This document shows, in pieces, positions 38,474-50,500 of a DNA stretch of 64,000 nt (positions are counted from its first letter, which is position 1; each line of letters begins with the position of its first letter). Location: positions 1,248,001 to 1,312,000 of the forward strand of contig CAWIAD010000002.1 of NCBI GenBank assembly GCA_963833985.1, read 5' to 3'. The notes under the pieces are model-generated. The model ran no database searches and was not told the DNA's origin. It saw only the letters and a program-made list of their open reading frames with translations. The stretch is from an uncultured Planctomycetaceae bacterium. GTDB lineage: Bacteria > Planctomycetota > Planctomycetia > Isosphaerales > Isosphaeraceae. Position numbers and translations under genes: made by a program.

Positions 38474-40086
38474 CTACGCTCGCCGCCCCACTCCCGAGCA
38501 CGACGGCGACCACGCCATCCGACTCACCGATGAGGATCGGGCGCCAGCACTGGCTGGCCGCCCTGGCGATCCTCTTCGTCCTCTTCGCGCCCTACCAGAC
38601 CCTGGTCCAGACGGTCATCACCGACGATGCCGTCCGCAAGGGCATCGAGGCCGACGAGTACGACATGACCTGGGTCACCGTCGCCTATGGCGTCGGCGTG
38701 CTCTACGGCGTCTTCGCTGGGCTGTCGCTCTCTGCCCGCATCGGTAAGCGTTACACGCTGGTCCTGGCGATGCTCGTGTTCTCCGCCGGTAACATTCTCT
38801 GCGGCGCGGCGACCGGGCTTGTCGCCCTGGCGATCGCGCGATTTGTCGAGGGGTTCGGCAAGATGTTGGCGATGGCGGTTGGCCGCGTCACGCTCTACAA
38901 GCAGTTCGACCGCGCGCTGCTGGTGGCAATCGGGTTCTATGGAGTCTTCGCCTACTCGACGCGGCATATCACGCCGCTCGTCAACGCCTACCTCGACGTG
39001 TATCTCTCCTGGCGGTGGATGTACTGGGCTTACGTGCCGGTCGGCCTCGCCGCGGCGCTGCTGGTCTGGCGTTACATCCGCCCGGACCGGCCACCGCGGC
39101 CGATGGTCGTGCCGATCGACTGGCTGGCGATCACGACCTTCGTGGCCTGGGTCGTGGCGGTCGTGTTCGTCTTCTCCTGGTACCGCAAGTGGGGCGGCTG
39201 GTCCTCCAACGCCTTCACCGCGACCGTCGCCCTCTGCATCACTCTGCCGGTGGTGCTGGTCGCCTGGCTGGGCTCGGGTCTCAGCCCCGACGAGCATCTG
39301 AAGCGGATCCTCCGCACGCGAGTCTACGTCCTCTCGCTGACGACGCGTGGCCTGATGCTGCTGCACATGGTGGCCGTGCTCACGATCGTGGGAATGTACT
39401 GCACGGAGCTGCGAGGCTACCCGCGGATTACGGCGGGCTGGCTGATGATGCCGACCTCTCTGGCGATGGCGGCGGCGACGTTTCTTACAACGCGGTTCCA
39501 CCGCCGCTCGCTACGGCACGTCTGGCTAGTCGTCGGGTTCGTGGGGACAGCGGCCTGCGTGTGGTGGCTGTCGTCGATCGACAACTTCACACCCAAGGAA
39601 CACATACCGGTCATGCTGGCTTGCTGGGGGGCGTTTCTCGGCCTGCTCCCGCCGGTGTTCTTGACCGACGAGATCGAGGGGCTGGACCCGAAGGATATGC
39701 TCTATGCCGGCGCCATCGGCATCGTTTGCCTGGTCGTGCCGATCATCACGGTGCCGACTGCGACCGGGACCGTCGTGAAGGAATGGTCTGACAGGGCGCT
39801 CGACGTCTATCGCCATAATCTCCGCGACAACCGTCCGGCGGTCGAGCAGGCCTCGGCCCGGGTCGCCGACTACTTCCACCAGCGAGGGCTGAGCGGGACT
39901 GTTCTTCAGCAGGAAACGAGCCGGGTCCTCGGCGGCTTCGTGACGCTCGAGAGCGTCGCGCACGGGTTCCGCAGCGGCCTGCGGTTCCTCAGCCTGATGA
40001 TGCTCGGCATCGGCCTGGTGGTCGCCGTCTCGCTCGCCTGGTCCGCGCGAGGATTGCGGGCGCCGCCCGGGTCGGGCTACACGTGA
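38470..40086 (+). CDS. MFS transporter (EmrB-like)
   Basis: Many hydrophobic helices, ARIGKR, ARFVEGFG, SWRWMYW; coupled to the HlyD gene. Confidence 0.88.
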   Translation: MTTLAAPLPSTTATTPSDSPMRIGRQHWLAALAILFVLFAPYQTLVQTVITDDAVRKGIEADEYDMTWVTVAYGVGVLYGVFAGLSLSARIGKRYTLVLAMLVFSAGNILCGAATGLVALAIARFVEGFGKMLAMAVGRVTLYKQFDRALLVAIGFYGVFAYSTRHITPLVNAYLDVYLSWRWMYWAYVPVGLAAALLVWRYIRPDRPPRPMVVPIDWLAITTFVAWVVAVVFVFSWYRKWGGWSSNAFTATVALCITLPVVLVAWLGSGLSPDEHLKRILRTRVYVLSLTTRGLMLLHMVAVLTIVGMYCTELRGYPRITAGWLMMPTSLAMAAATFLTTRFHRRSLRHVWLVVGFVGTAACVWWLSSIDNFTPKEHIPVMLACWGAFLGLLPPVFLTDEIEGLDPKDMLYAGAIGIVCLVVPIITVPTATGTVVKEWSDRALDVYRHNLRDNRPAVEQASARVADYFHQRGLSGTVLQQETSRVLGGFVTLESVAHGFRSGLRFLSLMMLGIGLVVAVSLAWSARGLRAPPGSGYT

Positions 40087-40110
40087 CTTTCGAAAAGAGA
40101 GGACAACATC

Positions 40111-41154
40111 GTGTCACATGCATCATTGGCGGCAGTTGCAGCAACGTTGATCGTGGCGATGTCGGCCTGGGCCCAGGACCCGTCTAGGATCGAAGCCTCA
40201 CGTGAGGCACCAGGTCGGTCGCCGGCGAAGGCGGATGCGGACGTCGCTGGCCTATTCCGGTTCGAGCCGACGGGGCTCTCGATCCTCCGACCCTACCGGC
40301 GGGGCAAGATTCCCGTTGTCCTGATCCACGGACTGTGGTCGAACCCGTGGTCGTGGGCCCGGATGATTCGTGAACTGGAGGCCGATGCGGCCCTCCGCGA
40401 CCGCTATCATTTCTGGACCTTCGGCTATTCGACGGGGGATCCGCTCCCCTATTCGGCCGCGCTGCTGCGCCGCGACTTGGACGACGCGCGGCGGAAGTTC
40501 GACCCCGATCACGCGGACGCGGCCCTCGACCGGATGGTTGTCGTCGGTCACAGCATGGGCGGCCTGCTGGCCAAGATGATGGTGCAGGAAAGCGGTACAA
40601 GGCTCTGGCAGCTCTTCAACAAACGCCCTGCTGGGGACCTTGTGGGCGAGCCGGCCGATTGCGAACTGTTTCGCTCCGCACTGATCTACAAGCCGCGTCC
40701 GGAGGTCCGCCGCGTGGTCTTCATCGCCACGCCGCACCGCGGGAGTCGCGTCGACCGGGGCGGCCTGGAGCGCCTCGGCTCGCGGCTCGTCCGCCTGCCC
40801 GACCCGCTCCGGGCCACGCACGACCGGCTCCTGGCCCGCAACGGCCCGGACTTCTTCACCGAGCGCTTCCGCAAGGGTCTGCCCACCAGCATCGACGAGC
40901 TGGAGTGGCAGTCGCCGATCCTCATGCGCCTGGATGAGCTTGGACTCGCACCTACGGTCAAGGCCCATTCCATCATCGCGGACCGGCGCCACCCACCCGG
41001 TGCAGGAGGGAGCGACGGCCTGGTACCGTATGAGAGTGCCCATCTCCGAGGGGTCGCGTCCGAGTCGCTCGTCGCATCCGGCCACCTGTGCCAGGATCAC
41101 CCCGCCGTCATCCGCGAGGTCGGGCGAATCCTCGCGGAGCACGCGACTCCGTGA
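40111..41154 (+). CDS. Secreted alpha/beta hydrolase (esterase/lipase)
   Basis: PVVLIHGL, GHSMGG, ATPHRGS, DGLVP, GH. Confidence 0.88.
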   Translation: MSHASLAAVAATLIVAMSAWAQDPSRIEASREAPGRSPAKADADVAGLFRFEPTGLSILRPYRRGKIPVVLIHGLWSNPWSWARMIRELEADAALRDRYHFWTFGYSTGDPLPYSAALLRRDLDDARRKFDPDHADAALDRMVVVGHSMGGLLAKMMVQESGTRLWQLFNKRPAGDLVGEPADCELFRSALIYKPRPEVRRVVFIATPHRGSRVDRGGLERLGSRLVRLPDPLRATHDRLLARNGPDFFTERFRKGLPTSIDELEWQSPILMRLDELGLAPTVKAHSIIADRRHPPGAGGSDGLVPYESAHLRGVASESLVASGHLCQDHPAVIREVGRILAEHATP

Positions 41155-41255
41155 GGCAAATCGGATTCGTGACGCCGAGGTTGAATACCTGACGTCCAGG
41201 CCCTTTTGCTCGCCACCCGTTCTTTACATACTGGGTTCCTTTGGGGAGTCGAATC

Positions 41256-41893
41256 ATGTCCGAAGTGATCGCGGGGATCCGAATCCCCGACAGCAAGCTG
41301 GCCCGGGAAGCGATCGACCTGGTGCGCGAGCACGGCACCCCGTTGCTGCTTGCTCACTCCCTGAGGGTCTACCTGTTCGGGGCATCCGGGGCCGCAACCG
41401 CGGCTGGGCGGTCGATCATGAGTTGTTGTATTTCGGGGCCGTGTTCCACGATTTGGGCCTGACCTCGAGGTACCGTAGCCCGGACCACCGGTTCGAGGTC
41501 GACGGGGCGAACGCCGCCCGGGACTTCCTGCGGGCCAACGGCATCGACGAACCGACGGCCGGGGTGGTGTGGGACGCGATCGCTTTGCACACGACGCCGG
41601 AGGTCCCGTGGCACAAGCGGCCGGAGATCGCGCTCGTCACTGGCGGGGTCGAAGCGGATGTCCTCGGTGATGGGCTCGACGAGATCCCGGTCGCCGACCG
41701 GGACGCCGTCCTCGCCGCATACCCGCGGCTTGACTTCAAGCGGGGGATCGTGCGGGCGTTCGCCGACGGCTTCGCCCACAAGCCCTCCACCACATTCGGG
41801 ACGATGAACACCGACGTTCTGGAAAGGACGCTGCCCGGCTACCGCCGGCCGAACTTCTGCGATCTGATCGCTGCCAACCCGCTGGGAGGGTGA
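41256..41893 (+). CDS. HD-domain protein, frameshift near 41384
   Basis: IPDSKLA..HSLRVY in one frame; FHDLGL, FEVDGANAA, WDAIALHTT in the next. Confidence 0.88.
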
Positions 41894-42275
41894 TCAATGT
41901 CACTGGTCGATGGCCAGCTGAGAGTCTACGAAGTCGAGCACTTGATGCTGGCGTCCTCCCACCAGGGCGCGTCGGTCTGATCGAGCGAATTACCCTTGGT
42001 ACAGTCGGACCAACGCGCACAAGGTGAACACCGAATCGGAGCCTGCGAGGCCCGAGCGGTGATCGCTGCGTCAAGGAACGGGGCCTGCCCAGCCCGGATG
42101 ATTCCGTTCGCCGTACATAGGCGCGGTCCCTCAGCGGCTGCGAATTCCGCCCGGCGACAGCTCGTTCCGGCCGGAAGCAAGCGGACCGACGGCAGAGCGA
42201 ACGTATCCCCTTCGAACCTTCTGGTGGAGTTAGCCGTTCACGGCCTCGACGTGGGGAGATGGCCGGTCAGGTCTC

Positions 42276-43778
42276 TTACTTGGGCGGACCTGAAGCCGAG
42301 GCGGCTTCGTGTGGCTTGGCCGCGGCTTGATCGGCAGCACTCGACTCGAGGATCCGATCCAGCGCGGCACGGTCGTACAGGCGACCGTCGGCCACGACGG
42401 CGCGGATCCTGGTCGTGTTGCGGATGTCGGCCAGGGGATTGGCGTCGAGCAAGACGAGATCGGCCGCCTTCCCGGCCTCGATCGTGCCGAGATCCTTCTC
42501 CCTCCCGAGATACCGCGCCGGGTTGATCGTCGCGGTCCGGAGTGATTCCAGCGGCGTGAGCTCGGCCTCGACCAGGAGCACCAGTTCGTCGTGCAGGCTG
42601 AAGCCAGGGAAGCAGCACGGGTTCATCTCGTCGGTCCCGGCCAAAAACTCGACGCCGGCCCGCCTCATGGCGCCGACCAGCTCAAGGCTCCTCTTGAACT
42701 CCTCCTTCATCCTGGCGAAGTCGGCCGGCTTCATCGCCTTGAAGCGGAAGTCATTCTTCGGGTTCCAGAACGCTCGAATGAAAGGAGCCACATAATTCAA
42801 CCGGGGATCGTTGGCGAGCGCGGGGTCATCGATCCAGGCGATGGAGTGCAAGACGTTAAGCGTTGGGCACTGCCAGGTCCCGTTCTTCTTGAACCGGGCG
42901 AAGAGCGCGTCGGCCTTTTCCCGGCTGAAGGTGCTGCGGATCACCTCGCGCTCGCTCTCGACGACGGCCCGAAGCGTGGCGAGTCCCTTGGAATCCTTCA
43001 AGGCCTCGGCCCGTTTCTTCATCAGCTCGTCTTCGCGGGTTGAGCAGCCGGAGCGGATGCTGTAGAGGTGCTCCATGCTCTTCTGGCCGGCGTCGGAGGC
43101 CTGCGCCGCGGTCACCTGCTGCGGGACGTGCCCCGCGAAGGGGATGCCGAGGGCCTTAGCCTCGGCGGCGATCGCGAAGTAAGCCTCTGTGGGGATCAGC
43201 TCATAGACTTTCACGAAATCGGCCCCGGCCTTCTTGGCCGCCCGCACGGCCTCCCGGCCTTCGGCCGCATTGCGCACCACGACCGAGCCCGGCCAGATGG
43301 GGTTCGGCCCGTCGACGAGGCCGCTGGCGATCACCATCCGCGGCCCCACCGATTTCCCTTCGGAGAACGCCGTGCGCCAGTTGTCGTGGTAACGGGGACC
43401 GAAACCCATCCCCATGATCCCGGGATTGCCCCACATCACGCGCACGCCCGTCACGCCGTTGGCGACGAAGAGCGCGCCGTACGACTTCACGTGGAAGTGG
43501 ACGTGCATGTCCCACAGTCCGGGGATCAGGTATTTCCCGGCCGCATCGACGACCCTGGCGCCGGCGGGAATCGCCACTGCGCCCGCCGGGCCCACCCCGT
43601 TGATCCGCCCCCCGGAGATGACGACCGACCGATCGGCGAGCACCGAACCGCCCGCGACGTCGATCACCATCGCGTGCTCGAATGCAATCGGCTCCCGCGG
43701 CGGAGCCTCCAGCTCCGCGCCGAGGGCGAGGTGGGAAACCAAGACGCAAAGGCAGGCGAGCAGCGACGAGCATTTCAT
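42276..43778 (-). CDS. Amidohydrolase family protein with signal peptide
   Basis: IPGLWDMHVH, FVKVY, AGH, EH, AGTD, ATINPA, GK.ADLVLL. Confidence 0.92.
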   Translation of the reverse strand: MKCSSLLACLCVLVSHLALGAELEAPPREPIAFEHAMVIDVAGGSVLADRSVVISGGRINGVGPAGAVAIPAGARVVDAAGKYLIPGLWDMHVHFHVKSYGALFVANGVTGVRVMWGNPGIMGMGFGPRYHDNWRTAFSEGKSVGPRMVIASGLVDGPNPIWPGSVVVRNAAEGREAVRAAKKAGADFVKVYELIPTEAYFAIAAEAKALGIPFAGHVPQQVTAAQASDAGQKSMEHLYSIRSGCSTREDELMKKRAEALKDSKGLATLRAVVESEREVIRSTFSREKADALFARFKKNGTWQCPTLNVLHSIAWIDDPALANDPRLNYVAPFIRAFWNPKNDFRFKAMKPADFARMKEEFKRSLELVGAMRRAGVEFLAGTDEMNPCCFPGFSLHDELVLLVEAELTPLESLRTATINPARYLGREKDLGTIEAGKAADLVLLDANPLADIRNTTRIRAVVADGRLYDRAALDRILESSAADQAAAKPHEAASASGPPK

Positions 43779-44367
43779 GGCTGGCCCCTTGTGATCGCGA
43801 ACCCCCTGTCGGTATCCCCCTCCGGGGAGAGGTCGGCCCAAGGCCGGCACAGGGGGCTCGCCGGCCGCCGGCCGCGGATATTACCACCCCGAACCCGGCG
43901 TTGTTTGCCGAGGAGTGACTCCAGAAGAGTGACTCCCCAGCGTACTCATCCCCGACTTCTCGGATCAGTTCGGGCGTACCTAGATTGGGGAGGATAACAA
44001 GGCCGAATGATCGTATCGAGGAAAATGTCCGGCGCCGGAGGAAACCGAGCAACCGGCCATCCTGAGAGCCCCAGCCCGGCGGGCCATCACCCTGCCTTGG
44101 CATCCCCCGGCCAGACGAGGTCGATCTGGGATGGAGAGCCAGCCCATTGCTACCAAGCGCGCCCGCCATCCGCACCCGACCGTCGTGATCGTGTTGCCGG
44201 GTAGGCAAACCGTTTCCGTTCGCTGCAATCCTCCGAGGTCAGGCCACTGGGACGGAAAAACAGGTATTCGCAAGACCGATCACCTCTGAGCCCTCATGCC
44301 CCTCCTGGCGACTGCGTCGGTCGGATCGACCGCCGCCACCTCGGTCCCATATGTAAGGCAGTAATAA

Positions 44368-45578
44368 TCAGCATTGAAAGAACCTGTCCCCAGATCGAGA
44401 AAACGCCTTGTAGTGCTGACGCGTCCTCTCGGCATAGCGGACTGCCGAGGCGATCACGGCATCGAGCCCGGGGCCGGAGGCCCACCCGGCCAGGTCGCCA
44501 CGTCGGTCGCGACCTTCCAGGCCACTACCGCGGCTATGGGCCGAACCGACGAGCCTCCCCGCGATCGCCACGGCGCGGCGCAATCGCTTCGGATGCCGGC
44601 GGAGCCGGTCCAGGCCGGTTCGGCTCTCCTCGGGGATCAGCTCGCGCATCCGATACTCCCGCCCGGCGACGTCGAGGACGTCCAGGCAAGCGGTCGGCTT
44701 TGCCTGCAGCCGCCGCTGCGCCTGTACGACCCGCCGGGCATCGGACACACCACCGTCCCGGTATCCCGGGTCGGCGCATGCAAGGAGGGCGGGGGCTCGT
44801 TCCTCCTTGATGTCGAGGATTCGACGCCGGTCGCGCGGCCCCTCACCTCGGACCAGCACGGCGTAGCGCTCTAGCCCCAGACTGCCCGTGCCGGCGACGC
44901 GAAAGGCGACATCCAGTACCTCGAAGCCGCGCCCTGGACCGCGTCCCGGATCCGCTCCCGCTCCCCGTGGCCGACGCCGAGGAACCGCCCCGATCGGCGC
45001 TCGATTCGCCGGCCCCCGTCGGACCGTCGCACCGTGAAGTGATCGAGGAATCGGACCTGCGTCGCACGGACGGGCCTCTGCAGCAAGTCCCATATCGGAC
45101 CCCGAGCCGTGCCGACGCTCAGCGCTCGGTTGCGTCCGGTCCTGGCCGACCGGATGACCGTCGCCCGGTAGCGGTCGATGAAGGCCAGCAGGGTGCGTAG
45201 GGCCTGGACCGGGGTGTGTTTCCAGAGCTGGGCAGCCAGCAGGATGCTCGCCGCGCAACGGACCAGATCGAGGCTGCACGGGGCGACGAGGGACTCGTCG
45301 AAATCGTTGATGTCGTAGAGGAAATCGCCGTCGTCGGTCCGGTAGGCGCCGAAGTTCTCCAGGTGCAGGTCACCGCAGATGAGGATCGAGGGGCCGGCGT
45401 CGGGCGGACGGAGGCGCGGCCAGTCGGCGGCGAACAGGTGGTCAGTGCCCCGGAAGAACGCGAAAGGATCCTCCGCCATGCGTCGGAATTTGAGCCGTAC
45501 GAGCTTCGCATCGCGCCCGCGGTTGAACGCGACGATCTCGTCGACGACCGATGATCGGGCGAGAATCGTTCTCATCAT
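44368..45578 (-). CDS. DUF2252 family protein, frameshift near 44930
   Basis: PFAFFRGT, CGDLHLENFG, DINDFDE; then VAFRVAGTGSLG..RY, LDIKE. Confidence 0.88.
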
Positions 45579-45930
45579 CCTCGCGTCCTCGAGGTGGGCG
45601 GCGAGCCGATGACCACTCGATCGTGCCCCCGACGTCCTACCGTACGGGATCGGCCGTCGGGGACCTCCAGGGATTATATCGGAGAGACGTGCCAAATGGT
45701 GCCCCGTCCAAAGCCCACGCCGAAGAGGCGGGCCGAGCACGTCGGTGGGCTCCGAGGCGACCCGAAGGAGCGGGAGTGACGCCATGCCGATCGGGCGTCC
45801 ATCGACCAAGCGACTGACGATCGACGTCGTCGGAGGCCCCGGGGCTCACCACGCGGTCATCGCCGCGGTGGACAGCGAGGCTGTCCTGGCCGGAGCCATC
45901 GACGTTGCTCGATTCGTGGGATCGACCGAG

Positions 45931-46977
45931 TCAGCCGGCGTCGGCGTATCGTCGTCGGCAGCAAGGGCACTCGCTGCCGCTTCCCTTCACCAGGGCCTGG
46001 AACGCCGTTGGCTGCGGCAGCGTCATGATCGCCCGGAATGCCAGCGGCGCCCGGTGGGCGTAGTGGCGGTAGGTGATCCCGCCGATCGAGTGCCCGAGGA
46101 TCTCCACCGACGACTCCGGCACGTGCTCGTCGTGGTAAGTCGCGCAGGTCTTGCGGAGGTCCTTCAGCTCCCAAGCCTCCTCTCGGCCGGTCTCGACGTC
46201 CATCCGGGGCTTGATCCCCGCGAGCTCGCAGAGCGACCGGAACCGGGCGTTCGGCCGCGCCCCGCCGCCGAGGAAGACCGGGTCGGCGGGTCGCGGGTCG
46301 GCCGGCATGATGTCGCGGAGGTGGGCGTGGACCACCCGGTTCATCGGCCGGTGGAACGGCTTGCCCGTCTTCACACGCCGGTAGAACAGCCAGCCCCAGG
46401 GCGACCGCTCCTTGACCTCGCGATCCGGAGAGTGCCGCTCCCACGAGACGTGCCGCCACAGGATCGGCTCGTGGGCCGGCATCGACTCCCAGACGGTGCC
46501 GGTGTCCACGCCGTAGTTGAAGAAGACGACCAGGGCGGCTCGCCAGTAGCGGCCGATCGGCAGCGGGGCATCCCAGCCTCGCGGCCGGCCCATGGCGTGG
46601 GTGGCGAAGTAGAGGGCGTTGATCTCGGCCTTGGTGAGGTCGTGGCGGCCGGCGACGTCTCGCTGCTCCCTGGGCCCGGGGAACCGGGGCGGCGCCTCGA
46701 TCAGCTCCTGCTCCCAGGCCCAGGACAGCACGGCGCGGAGGTGCTCGCGGGCCTTGTTGGCGGTGCGGCCCGGGTTGGTCCCCTCGTCCCCAACGGCCTG
46801 CCCGTGGACCCAGTCGAGGAACTCGCGGACATCCTTGCGCCGGAGCTGCTCGATCGGGCCGCCACCGCCCCACCGCTCCCACTTCCGGATGGTCGAGGTG
46901 TACTCGTTGCGAGTCCCGCGGGAGAGGCCCTTGGCGCGGAGGTAGCTCTCGGCCGCCGATTTGAAGGTTGTGGACAT
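45931..46977 (-). CDS. Tyrosine recombinase/integrase-like protein with atypical active site
   Basis: Core-binding N-domain (RTANK), KTGK, KDLRKT, ILGHS, ITYRHY; box I reads NYGVDTG. Confidence 0.8.
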   Translation of the reverse strand: MSTTFKSAAESYLRAKGLSRGTRNEYTSTIRKWERWGGGGPIEQLRRKDVREFLDWVHGQAVGDEGTNPGRTANKAREHLRAVLSWAWEQELIEAPPRFPGPREQRDVAGRHDLTKAEINALYFATHAMGRPRGWDAPLPIGRYWRAALVVFFNYGVDTGTVWESMPAHEPILWRHVSWERHSPDREVKERSPWGWLFYRRVKTGKPFHRPMNRVVHAHLRDIMPADPRPADPVFLGGGARPNARFRSLCELAGIKPRMDVETGREEAWELKDLRKTCATYHDEHVPESSVEILGHSIGGITYRHYAHRAPLAFRAIMTLPQPTAFQALVKGSGSECPCCRRRYADAG

Positions 46978-47537
46978 CCCTCGGCCCCCATCCATGAGGC
47001 CCGTTCGCCTAAAGTGGTATCCCCGTTCCTGTAGGTGGATTCCGGACCTATGAATCGGTCGACGGCGTTCGGGAAATTCGCGGAATCCGCCACGAGTGGG
47101 AGCGGAGCCTGTCGACTGTTCCGCCTGGGGCGAGTTGCAGGATGACTCGGCATGCCGGACCGAAGCGCGCAACGCGACAGTCGGTTCGGATGATAAGGCT
47201 ACGTCCTCGACAGCGGTTGAGGCGAACCGTCCGCTGTAGGCCATCCTTGACGCCCAGAGAGCGTGAGTCAGGGGAGGGCGGCGAACATCCAGGGGGAGGG
47301 AGCCGTTACCCCGGCATCTGGCTCCGGCGACGGCGGACGGATTCTGGCCGCCCGTTGACGCGTGCCCTTTCTGCGACAAGGGGCGCACTCGGCCAGGGAT
47401 GACGCGGAACAGGCGGGTATTTACTGCACGAGGGTTCGTGCGACAATATGTTGGACGCGACGTTGCGAAGAGCCTGGCCGCGGTTTCGGCACCGAAGCCT
47501 ATCGAGCCGGGACGCCGTCGCGGTCCGGAGTCTCGCC

Positions 47538-50500
47538 ATGAGCGCCGCCGACCGTCATCTCCTGTTCGGGTTGCTCGCCCTTCAGAACGGCCTCATCGAC
47601 CAGGGCCAGCTCGTGGCCGCATTCCAGGCATGGACGCTCGACAAGTCCAGGAGCCTCGCCGACCACCTGGAAGCCCGCGGGGACCTGATCCGAGCTAAAC
47701 GGTGCTGCTGGAGGCCTTGGCCGACGTCCACCTGGAAGCCCACGACGGCGACCTTGCGAAGAGCCTGGCCGCGGTCTCAGCCGGCAAGTCGACCCGGGAG
47801 AGTCTGGCGCGGATCGGCGACCCGGACGTCGAAGCGACGCTGGGCCGCGTCGCCACGGTACACCTCCCGACCGAGGACGGCGACGCTGACCGCACGACAT
47901 CCTACGCCGTCGGCTCGGCCACCAGCGACGGCCAACGGTTTCGCGTGCTAAGGCCGCACGCCAGGGGCGGCCTCGGGGCCGTCTTCGTGGCGCTCGATGG
48001 CGAGCTGAACCGAGAGGTGGCCCTGAAGCAGATCCTCGACCACCACGCCGACGACCCCGTCAGCCGCCAGCGGTTCCTGATCGAGGCCGAGATCACCGGC
48101 GGGCTGGAGCACCCCGGGATCGTCCCGGTCTACGGCCTGGGCACCTACGACGGCGGCCGACCGTACTACGCGATGCGTTTTATCAAGGGCGACAGCCTCA
48201 AGGAGGCCATCGAGCGGTACCATGGTGACGCGACGCTGAAGGCCGACCCGGGGCGGCGGTCGCTCGAGCTGCGCCAGCTCCTGCGGCGGTTCACGGACGT
48301 CTGCAACGCGATCGAGTACGCCCACAGCCGCGGCGTCCTCCACCGCGACCTGAAGCCGGGCAACATCATCGTCGGCCAGTACGGCGAGACGCTGGTGGTC
48401 GACTGGGGCCTGGCCAAGCCGCTGGGGCGGGTCGAGCACGGCCAGGAGGGCGGCGAGCGCACCCTCGTCCCGTCCTCCGCCAGCGGCTTGGCCGAGACGC
48501 TCCCCGGCTCGGCGCTGGGCACCCCGGCCTATATGAGCCCCGAGCAGGCCCGCGGCGAGCTGGACCGCCTGGGGCCGCGGTCGGATGTCTACAGTCTGGG
48601 GGCAACGCTCTACTGCCTGCTGACCGGGCGGCCCCCGTTCGAGGGCGAAGACATCGGCGAGGTGCTCCGCAAGGTCCAGCGGGGCGATGTCACGCCGCCC
48701 CGGCAAGTCGACCCGTCGCTCGACAAGGCGCTGGAGGCGGTCTGCATGAAGGCGATGGCGACGAATCCCGAGGATCGCTACGCCTCCTGCCGGGCGCTGG
48801 CCGAGGACCTGGAGCGGTGGTCGGCCGACGAGGCGGTCGTCGCCTGGAGAGAGCCGTGGAATCGGAAGCTGGTGCGGTGGTTGACGCGACACCGCACCGG
48901 AGTCACGGCCGCCGGCGCCGCCCTGCTGATGGCGATCGTCGGGCTGGGTGCCGTCTCGGGCGTCCAGGCCCGGGCCAACGGCGAGCTGAAACGGGCCAAC
49001 GACGCCCTCTCCGCCGCCAACAGGCGGGTCGTCGAGGCCAACTCCGAGCTGAGCGAGGCCAACGTCCGCGAGCGCGAGCGGTTCAACCTGGCCATGGACG
49101 CGATCAAGCTCTTCCACGGCGAGATCAGCAGGGACCTGCTTCTGAAGGAGGAACAGTTCGGCAATCTCCGGGGCAAGCTGCTCCGCGGGGCGGCCGACTT
49201 CTATGGACATCTCGAAGAATTGCTCCAGCAGCGCACGGACTGGGATTCGCGGGCGGCACTCGGCCGCGCCTATGAGGAGCTGGGAAAGCTCACTGGCGAC
49301 ATCGGCACCTCGAACGAGGCCCTGGAAGTCGTCCGCAAAGCGATCGCCATCCGACGCGGCCTGGCCGCCGAGCCCGAGGCCGACGACACGATCAGGCTGG
49401 ACCTGGCGCGGAACCTGATCGACCAGGGCTTCCTCCAGGGATCCATGTCCGACAGGCCGGCGGAAAAGGTGTCGTACGACGAGGCGCTGGCGATCGTCCA
49501 GGGGCTGAAGCCCACCGAAGGCATGACCGAGCCCGTCTCCCTGGTCCAAGCCAGGGTCATGCACCGCATCGGCTGGTGGCTTCACGCGAGGGGTCGTGAG
49601 GAAGAGTCGGTGGTCTGGTTGCGCAAGGCCTTGGACCTCGTCGAGAAGGAGATTGCATCCCGACCCGCGGGCACGGGTGCGAGGGTATCGAAGGAGTCTC
49701 TGCTGTTCGCGGCGAACACGGTCCAGACGCTCACCTCACCGATGTACGCGCTGGGGCGATACTCCGAGGCCCTATCCGATGAGCGGCGGACACTCGAGAT
49801 GGTGAGCAAGGCGGCCGACGCCGCCAATCGCGATGATCCGGCGTTTCGACTGAGCTATGCGGCCTCCTATGCCAACATCGGCGCCTTGCTTCGGTCTCTG
49901 AATCGGCCGGACGAGGCCTTCGCGGCCTATCGATCGGCGCTCGCCGTCGCGGAGAAACTCGTCGATGAATACCCGGCGATCAGCAACTATCGCATGCTCC
50001 TGGCCAAGTCCCTCGGCGACTGCGGCCTTATGGCGAAGGACCTGGGCCGGGTCGATGAGGCGATCGCCTATCTCCATCGCTCGCGGGCGGTCTGTCAGAA
50101 GGTGGTCGACGACAATCCCGCCCGGGCCAGAATCACGGCGATCGAAGTGGCAAGAAGACACAGCACGATCGGCTGGACCCTCTTCGGGTCGGGTCGAGTG
50201 GATCAGGCCCTGGAGCAGTACGAGGCCGCCAGGGCGATCACGCAGAAGCTCATCGACTCGTTCGGCCGAGCAGGGAGATATCATGACGATCTGGCGACCA
50301 TCCTGATCAACATCGTCGAGGCTCAACGATCGCAAGGCCGTCTGGCCGAGGCGAGGGCGAACTGCGATCGGGCCATCGCGGCCCGGGAGCTTGCCATCAA
50401 GGCGTTCCCCCAGGTGTTACAGTATCGGACCAGGATGGGCGAGTGCCGCTTGCGATCAGGGCAACTCCGGGTGGCCGCCGGCGATCTCCCGGGCGCGGTG

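Noticed and set aside
47948..49585. 545-aa minus-strand ORF
   Set aside because: Antisense shadow of the kinase gene.
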